Virus record (IMG/VR): IMGVR_UViG_3300034102_002082 | Location: 1-64,000 of that record | Strand: one strand, 5' to 3' | Origin: a virus | Length of the DNA: 64,000 nucleotides | Part shown: in pieces, positions 36,203-46,521 of the stretch | Layout of the letters: each line of letters opens with the position of its first letter | How positions within the stretch are numbered: the stretch's first letter is position 1 | Program-made: the position numbers and the translations under genes | The notes under the pieces: model-generated | Told to the model about the DNA's origin: nothing | Database searches by the model: none | The model's input: only the letters and a program-made list of their open reading frames with translations

Positions 36203-39184
36203 ATGCCAATACAAGAAGGTGGAAGATTCACACCAAATGCACAAATAGTATCTCCAGGTGTTTTCACCAGAGAATTAGACCAATCATTTCTGTCACAGGG
36301 AGTTGATTCAATCGGTGGAGCAATTGTTGCTCCATTCTCAAAGGGACCAGCGTTCTCACCAACAAAAATAACCACACAAGGAGATCTAGAAGCAGTATTC
36401 GGTGCTCCAGATGGTGTATTATACGGGCCATATACCGCTCAACAATATTTACAGGAACAGGGAGTAGTAACTATTGTTCGTACTGGTGGTCTTGGTGGAT
36501 ACAATCAACAAGCACCATTAGCAATAGTTGCTCAACCTGGTCAATACACAAGATTCACTGAGTCCGGTTCCTATAGTGGAAGTTTGGTTAATGTTGTTGT
36601 CACCACTAGCGGAAGCGTATCCGCATCGTTGAGTGGAACTATATACGGACAATTCTATAGCGGAGTTTATTCCGGTTCAAATATACAGATCGGAACTATT
36701 AGTGCATCAATAATTGACCCACAAATAAGCGCATCTATTCTTATTAGCGGATCATTGACTGCAATTGCTATATCTGGGTCAAGTATCGGTCATACAGGAG
36801 CACTATTAACTACGGTAAAAATAACATCATCCAATCTATGTGGAAATGTAGTTTATTTCGCGTCTGGTTCATTAAACGGAGCATACGGATTGCTAAACCC
36901 AGCAGCATTCGTTCCTGAAGGGGTAGATTACGTTGATGATTGTGGTTTATTGGTAACTGGTTCATCGACCAGAAGAGAAAAAGTATTGGCTGTTCTAGCG
37001 AACACCGCTTATGATACTGGTCAAAATCTATATGGTTTCTCTGGATCTGTCCTTACTTCTGGTTCATCGATATCCGCAGACTTCTCATTGACGCTAAATA
37101 CTGCTCGTCTCGATTCCAATACTGGATTGGTTCTTTCCTCTTCATATGGAACTTACAGCTTCTCGTTAGATAGTTCTTCACCAAAGTATATTACAAATGT
37201 ATTTGGTAGCGATCCGAAGGCTGGATTTATCCCTGTCGCTGTTGGTGCTAAGATAGAAGCAGCTTACACATACAAGCTATTCGAAAATTCTATAGACACC
37301 GTAATTCCACAGTTGGTTGATTCTGGTTCATGGAGAATTTCTGTTCGTCCAGTAACTAACGGTCTAAAGTTTGTCCAAGATGGTGTTACTACTGGCTTAG
37401 AAGACTCAGCTTATGATATTACAAACGCATATACCCCATGGATTAACTCACAAAAAGTTGCTCCGTTCAGCGGTTCAGTTGGTTCTCCTTCAACAACGAG
37501 CTATAACTTGTTCAAGGTACATACTATGACAGACGGAACAAATTCGAATACCTTATACAAGGTCGAAATCTCCAACGTAAAGTCTGCTGGAACAGTTCCT
37601 GGTTCAGATTATGGTACATTTACATTAGCTGTCAGAGATTATACCGATACCGACAAGAAACCGGTATATCTAGAAATCTACCAGAACTTAAATCTAAATC
37701 CAGATTCTGCCGACTTTATTGCTCGCAAGATCGGTGATCGTTATAGCTATATAAACGCTAACGGGAAGATTCTAGAATTCGGTGATTACTCAAATCAGAG
37801 TCGTTACATCAGAGTCGAGATGACTAATAGCCCATATCCAAAATCATCGATCCCATACGGATTCGATGCTTACGCTACACCAACTGGTGGATCTTTGGTA
37901 ACCGTAAAAGCATTCCCAAAGATGACTTTTACTAGCGCATCAACATATAGCAAACAGACTGGAAAATATTGCTCAGGTATAGTATTCCAATCAGCACCAG
38001 CTGGGGCAGATGCTGAACTTTCTGCGCTATATCCAGAAGGATCATCAGAAGGTTCTGAAAGAGACAACAAGACTTACTTTGCTCCATTACCAATCGGTTC
38101 TGGTGTCGGTCAGAATGTCGCCTTCGATTTACAAGATGTATGTGGAATAGAATCTGTTGATACAGCATCAACCAGCGTAACTAACGCAAAACAAAGAAAA
38201 TTCATTCTAGGTTTCCAAGGTGGATTTGACGGTGCATCACCATCTGTTCCAGTTCTTGTCGGAAATGACATAATTTCTACAAACCAACAGGGCTTCGATT
38301 GTTCTACTAATCAGAGCGTCGGTTCATATTCGTATATGCAATGTCTAAACGCATTGAGTAATGCGGACGAATTCGATATAAATCTCCTAGTAACCCCTGG
38401 TCTACTATATGAATATAACCCATACTTGATTTCACAAGGTGTTGAGCTATGTGAAACTCGTGGAGATTGTTTCTATATTCTAGATTCTGCCGCAAATAAA
38501 ACCGCTGGTGCTGCTGCTCTTGACAGTGTTGTTGCTCTAGCTGCTGAATTTGATACTAGCTACGCTGCTACTTATTACCCATGGGTAAAGATTCGTGATG
38601 TTAATAGCAACAAGATAATCACTGTTCCACCATCAGTCGTACTACCAGCAGTCTATGCTGCTAACGATAGAGTTGGTGCAGAATGGTTCGCTCCTGCTGG
38701 TTTAACTCGCGGCGGAATTCAAACCGCTGTTCAGGTATGTGATAGATTGACACACGCAGATAGAGATGTTCTTTACTCTGGTCGCGTAAATCCAATCGCT
38801 GCATTTCCAGGACAAGGAATTTGTGTATGGGGTCAAAAGACATTGCAGGTTCAGCCAAGCGCATTGGACAGAGTTAATGTCCGTAGATTGTTAATAACAC
38901 TAAAGAAGTTCGTTGCAAGTTCCAGCAAGTTCTTGGTATTCGAACAGAATGTAACTACTACAAGAAACAAGTTCTTGAACCTAGTTAACCCATACCTACA
39001 ATCTGTTCAACAGCGTTCTGGTATCTATGCATTCAAGGTTGTTGGAGATGACTCAATCAATACTCCTGACATCGTTGATCGTAATATTCTGTACTTCCAA
39101 TTGTATATTCAACCATCAAAGACTGCTGAATTTATCATAGTAGACTTCAATATAACTCCTACCGGAGCATCATTTAACGCTTAA
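36203..39184 (+). CDS. gp18: contractile tail sheath protein
   Basis: SPGVFTRELDQS, KGPAF, YYPWV, PPS, WFAPAGLTRG, VNPI, VWGQKTL, DRVNVRRLL. Confidence 0.95.
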   Translation: MPIQEGGRFTPNAQIVSPGVFTRELDQSFLSQGVDSIGGAIVAPFSKGPAFSPTKITTQGDLEAVFGAPDGVLYGPYTAQQYLQEQGVVTIVRTGGLGGYNQQAPLAIVAQPGQYTRFTESGSYSGSLVNVVVTTSGSVSASLSGTIYGQFYSGVYSGSNIQIGTISASIIDPQISASILISGSLTAIAISGSSIGHTGALLTTVKITSSNLCGNVVYFASGSLNGAYGLLNPAAFVPEGVDYVDDCGLLVTGSSTRREKVLAVLANTAYDTGQNLYGFSGSVLTSGSSISADFSLTLNTARLDSNTGLVLSSSYGTYSFSLDSSSPKYITNVFGSDPKAGFIPVAVGAKIEAAYTYKLFENSIDTVIPQLVDSGSWRISVRPVTNGLKFVQDGVTTGLEDSAYDITNAYTPWINSQKVAPFSGSVGSPSTTSYNLFKVHTMTDGTNSNTLYKVEISNVKSAGTVPGSDYGTFTLAVRDYTDTDKKPVYLEIYQNLNLNPDSADFIARKIGDRYSYINANGKILEFGDYSNQSRYIRVEMTNSPYPKSSIPYGFDAYATPTGGSLVTVKAFPKMTFTSASTYSKQTGKYCSGIVFQSAPAGADAELSALYPEGSSEGSERDNKTYFAPLPIGSGVGQNVAFDLQDVCGIESVDTASTSVTNAKQRKFILGFQGGFDGASPSVPVLVGNDIISTNQQGFDCSTNQSVGSYSYMQCLNALSNADEFDINLLVTPGLLYEYNPYLISQGVELCETRGDCFYILDSAANKTAGAAALDSVVALAAEFDTSYAATYYPWVKIRDVNSNKIITVPPSVVLPAVYAANDRVGAEWFAPAGLTRGGIQTAVQVCDRLTHADRDVLYSGRVNPIAAFPGQGICVWGQKTLQVQPSALDRVNVRRLLITLKKFVASSSKFLVFEQNVTTTRNKFLNLVNPYLQSVQQRSGIYAFKVVGDDSINTPDIVDRNILYFQLYIQPSKTAEFIIVDFNITPTGASFNA

Positions 39185-39202
39185 TAGTTAAATAATAAAA
39201 AC

Positions 39203-39234
39203 AAAAACTCCCACGTAATAGTGGGAGTTTTTTT
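39203..39234 (+). terminator. terminator after the sheath gene
   Basis: AAAAACTCCCAC-loop-GTGGGAGTTTTTT. Confidence 0.8.
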
Positions 39235-39268
39235 ATGTCCGCGTAACAACGATAGAAAGTGGACAATA

Positions 39269-39298
39269 AAAAACTCCAATCGAAAGATTGGAGTTTTT
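39269..39298 (-). terminator. terminator after the tube gene
   Basis: AAAAACTCCAATC-GAAA-GATTGGAGTTTTT. Confidence 0.8.
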
Positions 39299-39320
39299 GA
39301 CGAGTATTTAAATTTAAAGA

Positions 39321-39812
39321 CTAGAATTGCAAGATTGCTTGATCGTAGGATATTGTGAGGTTAACCATTACCGGATCTCCACCACTTGCCCAATCCATCT
39401 GCCCACCGTCAAAGTTAGTAATGAATGCTCCTTGTAGAGTCCATTCTTCAACCTTGTCACCAACTGGTCCAAGAGCATTAAAAGTAATGTCCTTTTTGTA
39501 GAAATCGGAATAACCCATGCGACCAGTTACTGATTCGAAGCTTAGACGAATCCATTCCATAGCAGCTTGCGCAGCACTCGGAACGATTGGGTCATATAAA
39601 CTGATGGACAATTCCTGCCATTCTGGTTTACCAGCGATGTAACGCTTTAAGTTAATATGATCCAATGTAACTCTTGGGATCTGGAGTGATGGACGACTTG
39701 CCATCTTGATCATAAATGATGGAATGCCATCAATATACATGATGAAGCGATTAGCCATCTTTGGTTCGAAGTTTGCGCTGAATATTTCACTTTGGTCTAG
39801 TAGTTCTGCCAT
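39321..39812 (-). CDS. gp19: tail tube protein
   Basis: FEPKMANRF, YIAGKPEWQ, LYDPI, GYSDFYKKD, EEWTLQGAF. Confidence 0.88.
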   Translation of the reverse strand: MAELLDQSEIFSANFEPKMANRFIMYIDGIPSFMIKMASRPSLQIPRVTLDHINLKRYIAGKPEWQELSISLYDPIVPSAAQAAMEWIRLSFESVTGRMGYSDFYKKDITFNALGPVGDKVEEWTLQGAFITNFDGGQMDWASGGDPVMVNLTISYDQAILQF

Positions 39813-39919
39813 AATTTTCCTTATATTTATTGTTTGTTGTTAAAGTTGTAAAAATAAATATATAGAATTTATATTTTTTATAGTAATAATAAACAGTTTC
39901 ATTATGTATTTATTATAAT

Positions 39920-40621
39920 ATGAAAGAAATATTATCTGATATTACTGAGAATGATTCATCTATATTGATAAAATCACCAGTTAAATTTTATTCTAAGTTA
40001 CATAAGTTGGCAATTGATATAGCTAACATGAACGAGAAAAAGAATAAGAATTCGAATAAAATGAAATCGTTGGCTTTCCATGGTATAGAATATATGCTAT
40101 TATTCCCAACGGAAGTAGCAAGAAAAGATACCGTGATATCCTACATCTTGGATAAGATATCACCAAACAATCATTATACTAATTATACAATAAAGAAAAT
40201 ATTGGAGAAGGAGTATAGAGTTTTCGCTAGAATCAATTCGTTCAGAACACTTGGTAGACCATCAATAAATTACGGGATTTTTATTGATAATGTTTTATAT
40301 TTTACGCTATCACTGAGAAAAATGTCTGACGGTTATGAGATAGTGAATTTCGTAAGAAAAAACGGTGAAGTATCCACGGTGATGTTTGACGTTATGTTCA
40401 ATGTATTTTTATTGGAGTATAAACCAAAATCAATTACGTATTTCGTGGATAGGAGAATTGACAGATATAATTATCTATTAAAAATTGGATTTAATGTCGT
40501 TGGATTTGGTCCACCTAGGTGGTATCTGATCAATGATAACATCATCGAGAGAAATACGAATGTATATGTCGGTAATAAGGTATGGGATTGTGGAACAATT
40601 AGGTTACAATGGAAAACTTAA
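39920..40621 (+). CDS. degenerate Hef-like homing endonuclease-related protein
   Basis: C-terminal YKPKSITYFVDRR...KIGF...VWDCG resembles Hef-like endonuclease C-termini. Confidence 0.5.
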   Translation: MKEILSDITENDSSILIKSPVKFYSKLHKLAIDIANMNEKKNKNSNKMKSLAFHGIEYMLLFPTEVARKDTVISYILDKISPNNHYTNYTIKKILEKEYRVFARINSFRTLGRPSINYGIFIDNVLYFTLSLRKMSDGYEIVNFVRKNGEVSTVMFDVMFNVFLLEYKPKSITYFVDRRIDRYNYLLKIGFNVVGFGPPRWYLINDNIIERNTNVYVGNKVWDCGTIRLQWKT

Positions 40622-40645
40622 TATTATTCATAATACTTATATATT

Positions 40646-40777
40646 ATGAAAATTGATGATAATGAAAAAGATGCTATGTTTTTCATAGCTGGGTGTTCTA
40701 CTATTATTTTATTACTAATCACTGCCGTTTTTACAATCGGTTGGTTGATTATAAAAAATATAATCCCACATTTATAA
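40646..40777 (+). CDS. 43-aa membrane protein not in the ORF track
   Basis: MKIDDNEKDAMFFIAGCSTIILLLITAVFTIGWLIIKNIIPHL; ATACTTATA upstream. Confidence 0.55.
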   Translation: MKIDDNEKDAMFFIAGCSTIILLLITAVFTIGWLIIKNIIPHL

Positions 40778-40840
40778 GTGACAATATAATGTTAGTTAAT
40801 GTATCATTTATGATACAAGTAACAACATAATGTCACTTAT
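40774..40840. repeat. long imperfect inverted repeat
   Basis: ATAAGTGACA..ATGTT.GTTA.TGTATCA / TGATACA..TAAC.AACAT..TGTCACTTAT. Confidence 0.7.
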
Positions 40841-40848
40841 ATGAGTAA

Positions 40849-41928
40849 TTAATAACTCATATGTGTATGTCCACCATCTTGTTTAATCACCGTTAAACCA
40901 TTCTTTTTAAAGGTATTTATCAGCAATGGATTGACGACATCAATCTTTAATTTAATCTTTGAATTGTAGCCATTCTTTAGTGATTTATAATCATCTAACC
41001 CAAGCTTTACTAACTTATCACCTAGTCCTTTATTTCTGTGTTCTGGTTTGACGATTAGATCAAATGAGAATTCTTCTCCCTTACTTGAGTTCTGTAATTC
41101 TGTATATAAAGCTCCGAGAACTTCACCATCTTCAACTAATACAACATTTAATTCTTTCCCTCTAAGAATTGATATTCCAGAAGACTTTTCTAGCTCGTTT
41201 ATTTGCTCCCAAAAATCCGGTATATCTTCCCCGTCATCTGACTGTAATTGCCCATCTTGAATATACTTTGTTTCTATTTCTTCAGTCAATGCCAATTCCG
41301 GTGAATGAACCGGTGAATTTGCATACGGAGGAGTCTCGACTGGTTCTTCTTTCTGTTCTTTGCTTCCACCCTTATCTATCAATTTCTTAACGTCTTTAGC
41401 TAACTCGTAGAAACTACCGTTTGGTAATATATATTGGTCAAATGTGCTATTCTTTCCACCTAATTGACCAATCTGTTCCTCATCAGTTTCATATAAACCA
41501 GATGGTCCTTTTTTTACGTCCGATTGATATACTTGTATTATCCCCGTTAATGGTTTTGATGTATCGACTGGTAACTTTTTTATAGCATCGGTATGACTCT
41601 TTAGGTTCTTGCCGTGTGCATAATCATTAAAGTCACTAGATACTGGCTTATCATTCCAGTTTATTATGTTGAACTTTATTTTATAATATGATGCTTTGTA
41701 ATAAAAAGTGAAGAATCCAAGAATTGATGTGATCGATTTTTTCGGAACTCTATGGTCGGTAGCTATTCCAATTGATGTGTATGATATATCTGGTTCAAAT
41801 ACGTTCCCGATCTGATCATCATCTAGATCTAAAGCAAGCTTGAAAGCGGAATATATCGAAGACTGTAAAGAGTTGGGTGGAATAACCACTTCATTCAGAA
41901 TATGTGAGTAAAAATCCTTATAATTCAT
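40849..41928 (-). CDS. two-domain protein with C-terminal GNAT and N-terminal YKDFY tag
   Basis: MNYKDFYSHILNE; DLIVKPEHRNKGLG; internal LTEE linker. Confidence 0.75.
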   Translation of the reverse strand: MNYKDFYSHILNEVVIPPNSLQSSIYSAFKLALDLDDDQIGNVFEPDISYTSIGIATDHRVPKKSITSILGFFTFYYKASYYKIKFNIINWNDKPVSSDFNDYAHGKNLKSHTDAIKKLPVDTSKPLTGIIQVYQSDVKKGPSGLYETDEEQIGQLGGKNSTFDQYILPNGSFYELAKDVKKLIDKGGSKEQKEEPVETPPYANSPVHSPELALTEEIETKYIQDGQLQSDDGEDIPDFWEQINELEKSSGISILRGKELNVVLVEDGEVLGALYTELQNSSKGEEFSFDLIVKPEHRNKGLGDKLVKLGLDDYKSLKNGYNSKIKLKIDVVNPLLINTFKKNGLTVIKQDGGHTHMSY

Positions 41929-41940
41929 ATGCTATAAATA

Positions 41941-42849
41941 TTAATTTAAAATCCTAACGTTCTTTATTTCTGTCACATCTATTGTTTTCCAGTCCACGTT
42001 AGATTCTTGTGAAACATCATTTACATTAATAACACCAGTAAACAATGATCTAGTTCCCTTCAAGTCTGCATATCCCTCTGCGTATTCTTTTGATGGTGAT
42101 ACATATAAATCCTTCGGTAGCTTGCCAGAATCTTTTATTCGTAATACCATAGAGCTATCGTGAGATGCATATATTCTAACTTGTTTACCGGAAGGATTAA
42201 GTAATTTGTTTACCATCTTAATCGTTTCTTCCGATGCTTCATCATTACCCTCAAACATTTCTAGCTTACCATTATAATCTACAGTTAATGATATCTGCAT
42301 ATCATCGTCAGCTGAAGCTGATACTTCTATTACTACAGGGAAAAATTGTTGGATATTATGGTTATGTTCCCCATCAAACAATAAACTATATTTTAATTGT
42401 TCTATATCAACATACGGAATATGGCTCGTTAATTCTTTAACTTTCTTTATTACGTCATTTCTTAGGTTAATAAAATCGACAGCAAATTCGGAAGTTTTAC
42501 TTTTTAGAACTCTATTCAGAGTATATTCATTTTTATGTTGTGGTTTTTTTAGGATATTAGCAATAAAATCGAAGTTTATTAATTCTGGGTTTCTTATTGG
42601 TTCGGTAGCTTTTGGTTCCAATTCATCCATAACGTATTCTAGTTCATCGTGTAATTTATCATATTGTCTCTTTAATGATATATATTCTTCCGAATCCGCA
42701 TATCTACTATGCATATCACCCATACCATTTTTCCTAATGGTTTGGAGTTTATTGAATACGATATCTATTTCTTTACTCAACTCGGATCTTCTTGCTATCA
42801 GATCCGAATTTTCTTTTAGTATGTGTATGTAAAAATCTTTGTATTTCAT
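41941..42849 (-). CDS. YKDFY-tagged protein with possible ART-like C-terminal domain
   Basis: MKYKDFYIHILKE; VRIYASH...LYVSPSKEYAEGYA. Confidence 0.65.
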   Translation of the reverse strand: MKYKDFYIHILKENSDLIARRSELSKEIDIVFNKLQTIRKNGMGDMHSRYADSEEYISLKRQYDKLHDELEYVMDELEPKATEPIRNPELINFDFIANILKKPQHKNEYTLNRVLKSKTSEFAVDFINLRNDVIKKVKELTSHIPYVDIEQLKYSLLFDGEHNHNIQQFFPVVIEVSASADDDMQISLTVDYNGKLEMFEGNDEASEETIKMVNKLLNPSGKQVRIYASHDSSMVLRIKDSGKLPKDLYVSPSKEYAEGYADLKGTRSLFTGVINVNDVSQESNVDWKTIDVTEIKNVRILN

Positions 42850-42850
42850 G

Positions 42851-43660
42851 TCAAAATGGTAGGTCTTTATTGTCTGGTTGTTGTATATGTTGTCTTGTTG
42901 TGATTTTTGGTTTTTCGTTTTTCACATTAAATCCACCACCTTTATACATCTCCGGTTCTTCATCATCGTAACCAATTTCAGCTTTGAGTAATCTATCATG
43001 TTTTTGATATGGATTTTCTCCTTCCCAGAATGGATCTATCAATACAAATTCTCCATTATCCCTTTTCATTATATTTCCCTGTGTAAAATCCGGTGTTCCG
43101 AACTCTTTATCCGCCGTAATTAAGAACCAATAATCTTTTTTGAATTCTATTATAGATGGACGACTTTTTTCAATTTCTTTTATCTTGCTATATGTTTGTT
43201 TCCAAATATTATTCCTGTCTTTCATTTTTTCCAGATACTCATTATCTCCACCGTAAACTTTATAAAAGTCTATATCTAAGAATTCTTCCTTTGTTATTGG
43301 ATTTAATTTCTCAGTTTTTATTATATATAAATGAGAATGAGATGTTGGTCGGGTAAAGTTTGGGACTATTCTTCTCGGTTTATCGAAGAATTTAGGAAAA
43401 GATTTCCTTGGATTTTTTAACGCAAATCTAACAAATTTTAAATATGGAACGTCGCTATGGAATATTTTTAAAACATATTTCCAAGACGGATGTGATAGTA
43501 CGGTTGCGTATGTTCCTTGCCCCAATATTTTACCACCATGTTTCTCAAAATCTGATAGAAGTTCACGTAATTGTAAATCATTGTTCGTCGGGTCAGATAA
43601 AAGTTCCCCAATGCTATCATACTTCTCAAACAGATATGAGTAAAAATCTTTGTATTTCAT
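42851..43660 (-). CDS. protein kinase-like protein with YKDFY tag
   Basis: ILGQGTYATV, VLKIF, EKL, DFTQGNIM, LIDP. Confidence 0.8.
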   Translation of the reverse strand: MKYKDFYSYLFEKYDSIGELLSDPTNNDLQLRELLSDFEKHGGKILGQGTYATVLSHPSWKYVLKIFHSDVPYLKFVRFALKNPRKSFPKFFDKPRRIVPNFTRPTSHSHLYIIKTEKLNPITKEEFLDIDFYKVYGGDNEYLEKMKDRNNIWKQTYSKIKEIEKSRPSIIEFKKDYWFLITADKEFGTPDFTQGNIMKRDNGEFVLIDPFWEGENPYQKHDRLLKAEIGYDDEEPEMYKGGGFNVKNEKPKITTRQHIQQPDNKDLPF

Positions 43661-43661
43661 G

Positions 43662-45803
43662 TTATGTGTTTCTCCAATTTTTTATTTTTGCTGCTTCTGG
43701 TGTTGGATACTTTGGTTTTACATTTAATAAAATCACTTCTCCCTCATCACTCCCTATCATATCCGGTATATCGAGTGCCACATCAAACCCAAACTTATGA
43801 TTAAATTCTTGTGTCGATAGATATTTTTCTACCTTCTCTATGTCTATACTACCATCGAAAGATTTTAATGCTAACGTTGTGTAACCAACCAAACCGAAGA
43901 GTCTCATAGTAGGAGACTTAGAGAATGATAATGCGGATAAAAAATATTTGAGATATTCTTCATCGGAGTTGTCTATGTTATCTGGGTATACCTCATCTCC
44001 TCTATATAATAATCGATTAGATGTATATTTAAACATTTCCTTATATCTGTCATCTAGTTTACTCCACGCATTTAATAATCCGATTCTATCCTGTGTATGG
44101 TTTCCTTGGTGTATGTTAACCATAACTAGAAAATCATATAAAATATAGTCAGCTTCCGTTGGTAATAAATAATTCTCTTGTTGGATTTTTATGTATTCCT
44201 GTTCTTTCCCCCTTTTATTTTTTATAAGATATAATTCTTTTATAGTAATATCGTATCGTTTTCTGTCCTTATAATACTTGTTAATGTACATGGAGAATAT
44301 CGCATTTGTCGGTGACTCTCCATGAGATATTAAACGACCACCATTTTCAAGTACAATTAAATAATTACCGGATTGTTTAGTAAATAACTTATTTATTCCT
44401 TCACACATAAGAAGTTCTCGATAAAAATCTTTATATTGTATCTCATTTATTCTTATCGCATTGAAGAGATCGATTACTTCTTGATATCCCAGTTTCTGAT
44501 AAAATTTTACTATGTCCTCCGTAGAATTTATTTTCGGTGGTAAGTCGAATGTTTTTGTTTCGTCTTGATCGAACCCAACACTTAAATCCGCACCAAATAC
44601 ATAAGCTTCAAAATCCGTTTCAAAATGTACCATACTATAAAATTCTTTAATTTGTTCCTTCGTTAATATATTTGTTAGTGTGTCGATCATACTCTCATAG
44701 AAATCACTGAAATAATTTATATATTTTATCGACCTGTTAAACTTTTCAAAATCTTTTTGCTCTAAAGAATTACGTAGAAATTCCGTAAACTCTTTATCCG
44801 TATCAAATTGACTATTAATGTGGTATATGCGAGAAAACGGAAGTTCAAACTTCATACGATTGCCTTGGGACATACACAAATTATAACATATGTTTTTTAA
44901 TTTGTCAAATCCGATAGCTCCCATTATTATACCCGATATGTCAAGATTTTTACTAACATCAAATTTAGAATTCACTATATTAAAAATGCCACTGAGAAAT
45001 TTCCTTAATTCTTTTCTAAATTCTCCTTCACCAAAATAGATATTTGCTCCTGATATGAATTTTTTCTGTTTATGTCCACCTTTTCTTTTTATTCTATTAT
45101 TCTTTTCTGAATCAAAATAGTTAATTATACCAGAAGAAATTTTTTCCGGTAGAGTTGATAAAAATTCAGTAGCACCGGATTGACCCAATTCAGTATCATT
45201 GGCATCATATGCTTCTATATCGTTTGTCTTACCGACCAAAGCGATTTTCCATAGAGGATTTATCTTGTCCAGATTTCTGTTTTTCACTATTACTATCGTA
45301 TTCGCCTTTTCATCATAATATGAATCCCAGTAAGTTTCATTCGATGTTGATATACACCACTTAGTTGAACCACCATAATGTTTGGCAGCTTCATGGGATT
45401 CTGGTGCAATTACCAGCCAATCATCGGTATCTGCAATTACGTCGATATCACCCGATAGTTGTTCTTTTTTCGAAACGGTTCTATTTTTTAGTATATCTGA
45501 TAAATCATCTATAGTTTTTACTTTGAATATATCGATTCCCTTAACCCTACTATCGAACTCCCTAATATTGTCCATTAGTTCATTTTTCTTACTTCCTCGC
45601 CAGAAATTTTTATGGAAATAATCAAACCCCTTATCGTCGTAAATATCGTTTAGACGTTGGCTAATCCATTTCAGATATTTCTTAGATGTAGATGGATCTT
45701 CGTCTATTATATAATTTATATCGTCCGGAGTTAGTAATTTATCTACTCTATTACGGAAATCATCTTCTCTACCCTCGATCAATAATATTTCTAATAATTT
45801 CAT
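43662..45803 (-). CDS. large fusion protein with an internal YKDFY tag and a C-terminal ADP-ribosyltransferase-like domain
   Basis: KYLKWI, AAKHYGGSTKWCIS; internal IQYKDFYRELLMCE; LLYRGD / LSFS / EGEVIL R-S-E pattern. Confidence 0.7.
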   Translation of the reverse strand: MKLLEILLIEGREDDFRNRVDKLLTPDDINYIIDEDPSTSKKYLKWISQRLNDIYDDKGFDYFHKNFWRGSKKNELMDNIREFDSRVKGIDIFKVKTIDDLSDILKNRTVSKKEQLSGDIDVIADTDDWLVIAPESHEAAKHYGGSTKWCISTSNETYWDSYYDEKANTIVIVKNRNLDKINPLWKIALVGKTNDIEAYDANDTELGQSGATEFLSTLPEKISSGIINYFDSEKNNRIKRKGGHKQKKFISGANIYFGEGEFRKELRKFLSGIFNIVNSKFDVSKNLDISGIIMGAIGFDKLKNICYNLCMSQGNRMKFELPFSRIYHINSQFDTDKEFTEFLRNSLEQKDFEKFNRSIKYINYFSDFYESMIDTLTNILTKEQIKEFYSMVHFETDFEAYVFGADLSVGFDQDETKTFDLPPKINSTEDIVKFYQKLGYQEVIDLFNAIRINEIQYKDFYRELLMCEGINKLFTKQSGNYLIVLENGGRLISHGESPTNAIFSMYINKYYKDRKRYDITIKELYLIKNKRGKEQEYIKIQQENYLLPTEADYILYDFLVMVNIHQGNHTQDRIGLLNAWSKLDDRYKEMFKYTSNRLLYRGDEVYPDNIDNSDEEYLKYFLSALSFSKSPTMRLFGLVGYTTLALKSFDGSIDIEKVEKYLSTQEFNHKFGFDVALDIPDMIGSDEGEVILLNVKPKYPTPEAAKIKNWRNT

Positions 45804-46519
45804 TTTTGTAATAGTGTTAAATACTTAGGATCTATTTTCCCATTGATTATAACTGTTTCTTCCCACTGCCCATCACTACTATCGGGACTATATCTATTAT
45901 CCCCTATTATATGTGCTATTTGTCCTCTAACGGCACCATCTAATACATCTGGTTCCATTGATACGTATGGTGTCACTCCATCTCGCTTCATTGCTGATGT
46001 ATCGATCTTGAATATGTTATCACCATATTCACCAAGAAGTATTAGATCAATGTTACTTACGGTAAATACCCCACTGGTTCCTCTATTACTTATACCGGTT
46101 CCGGTAGTTGTGTTTAATCCATTTTCTTTTATACCATCTACGTTCTCGTCCCTCGTTCCGTGGTATAATGGTGATGGTGAACCCCAAAAATCTTTATTGA
46201 AAGTTTCCTCGACATTAGATTCTATCTCAGAAAAATCAGAATCATATAGGAACCTGTCCTTCTTATGGAAAGTCAATGGATAATTTTGTGCAGTTGGGTC
46301 AAATTCTATAACAGCTTGGTCAGTTAGTATGTACGAATTTCCCGAAAATGGTATGTTAATATCGTTATACTTTACCTTCATGTTGTCTAGAACTATTTTG
46401 ATATCTTCTAACGGTTCCGTTTCTGGATTTTCTTGTAGATAATCATCATATTCATATTCTATATCACTTGCGGAATGACCTTCGATTATCAGGTGTTGAT
46501 AAAAATCCTTATATTTCAT
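45800..46519 (-). CDS. ART-fold (Tpt1/KptA-like) protein with YKDFY tag
   Basis: MKYKDFYQHLIIE; LYHGT...IKENGL, GVF, IFKIDTSAM, IDPKYL. Confidence 0.65.
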   Translation of the reverse strand: MKYKDFYQHLIIEGHSASDIEYEYDDYLQENPETEPLEDIKIVLDNMKVKYNDINIPFSGNSYILTDQAVIEFDPTAQNYPLTFHKKDRFLYDSDFSEIESNVEETFNKDFWGSPSPLYHGTRDENVDGIKENGLNTTTGTGISNRGTSGVFTVSNIDLILLGEYGDNIFKIDTSAMKRDGVTPYVSMEPDVLDGAVRGQIAHIIGDNRYSPDSSDGQWEETVIINGKIDPKYLTLLQK

Positions 46520-46521
46520 GA

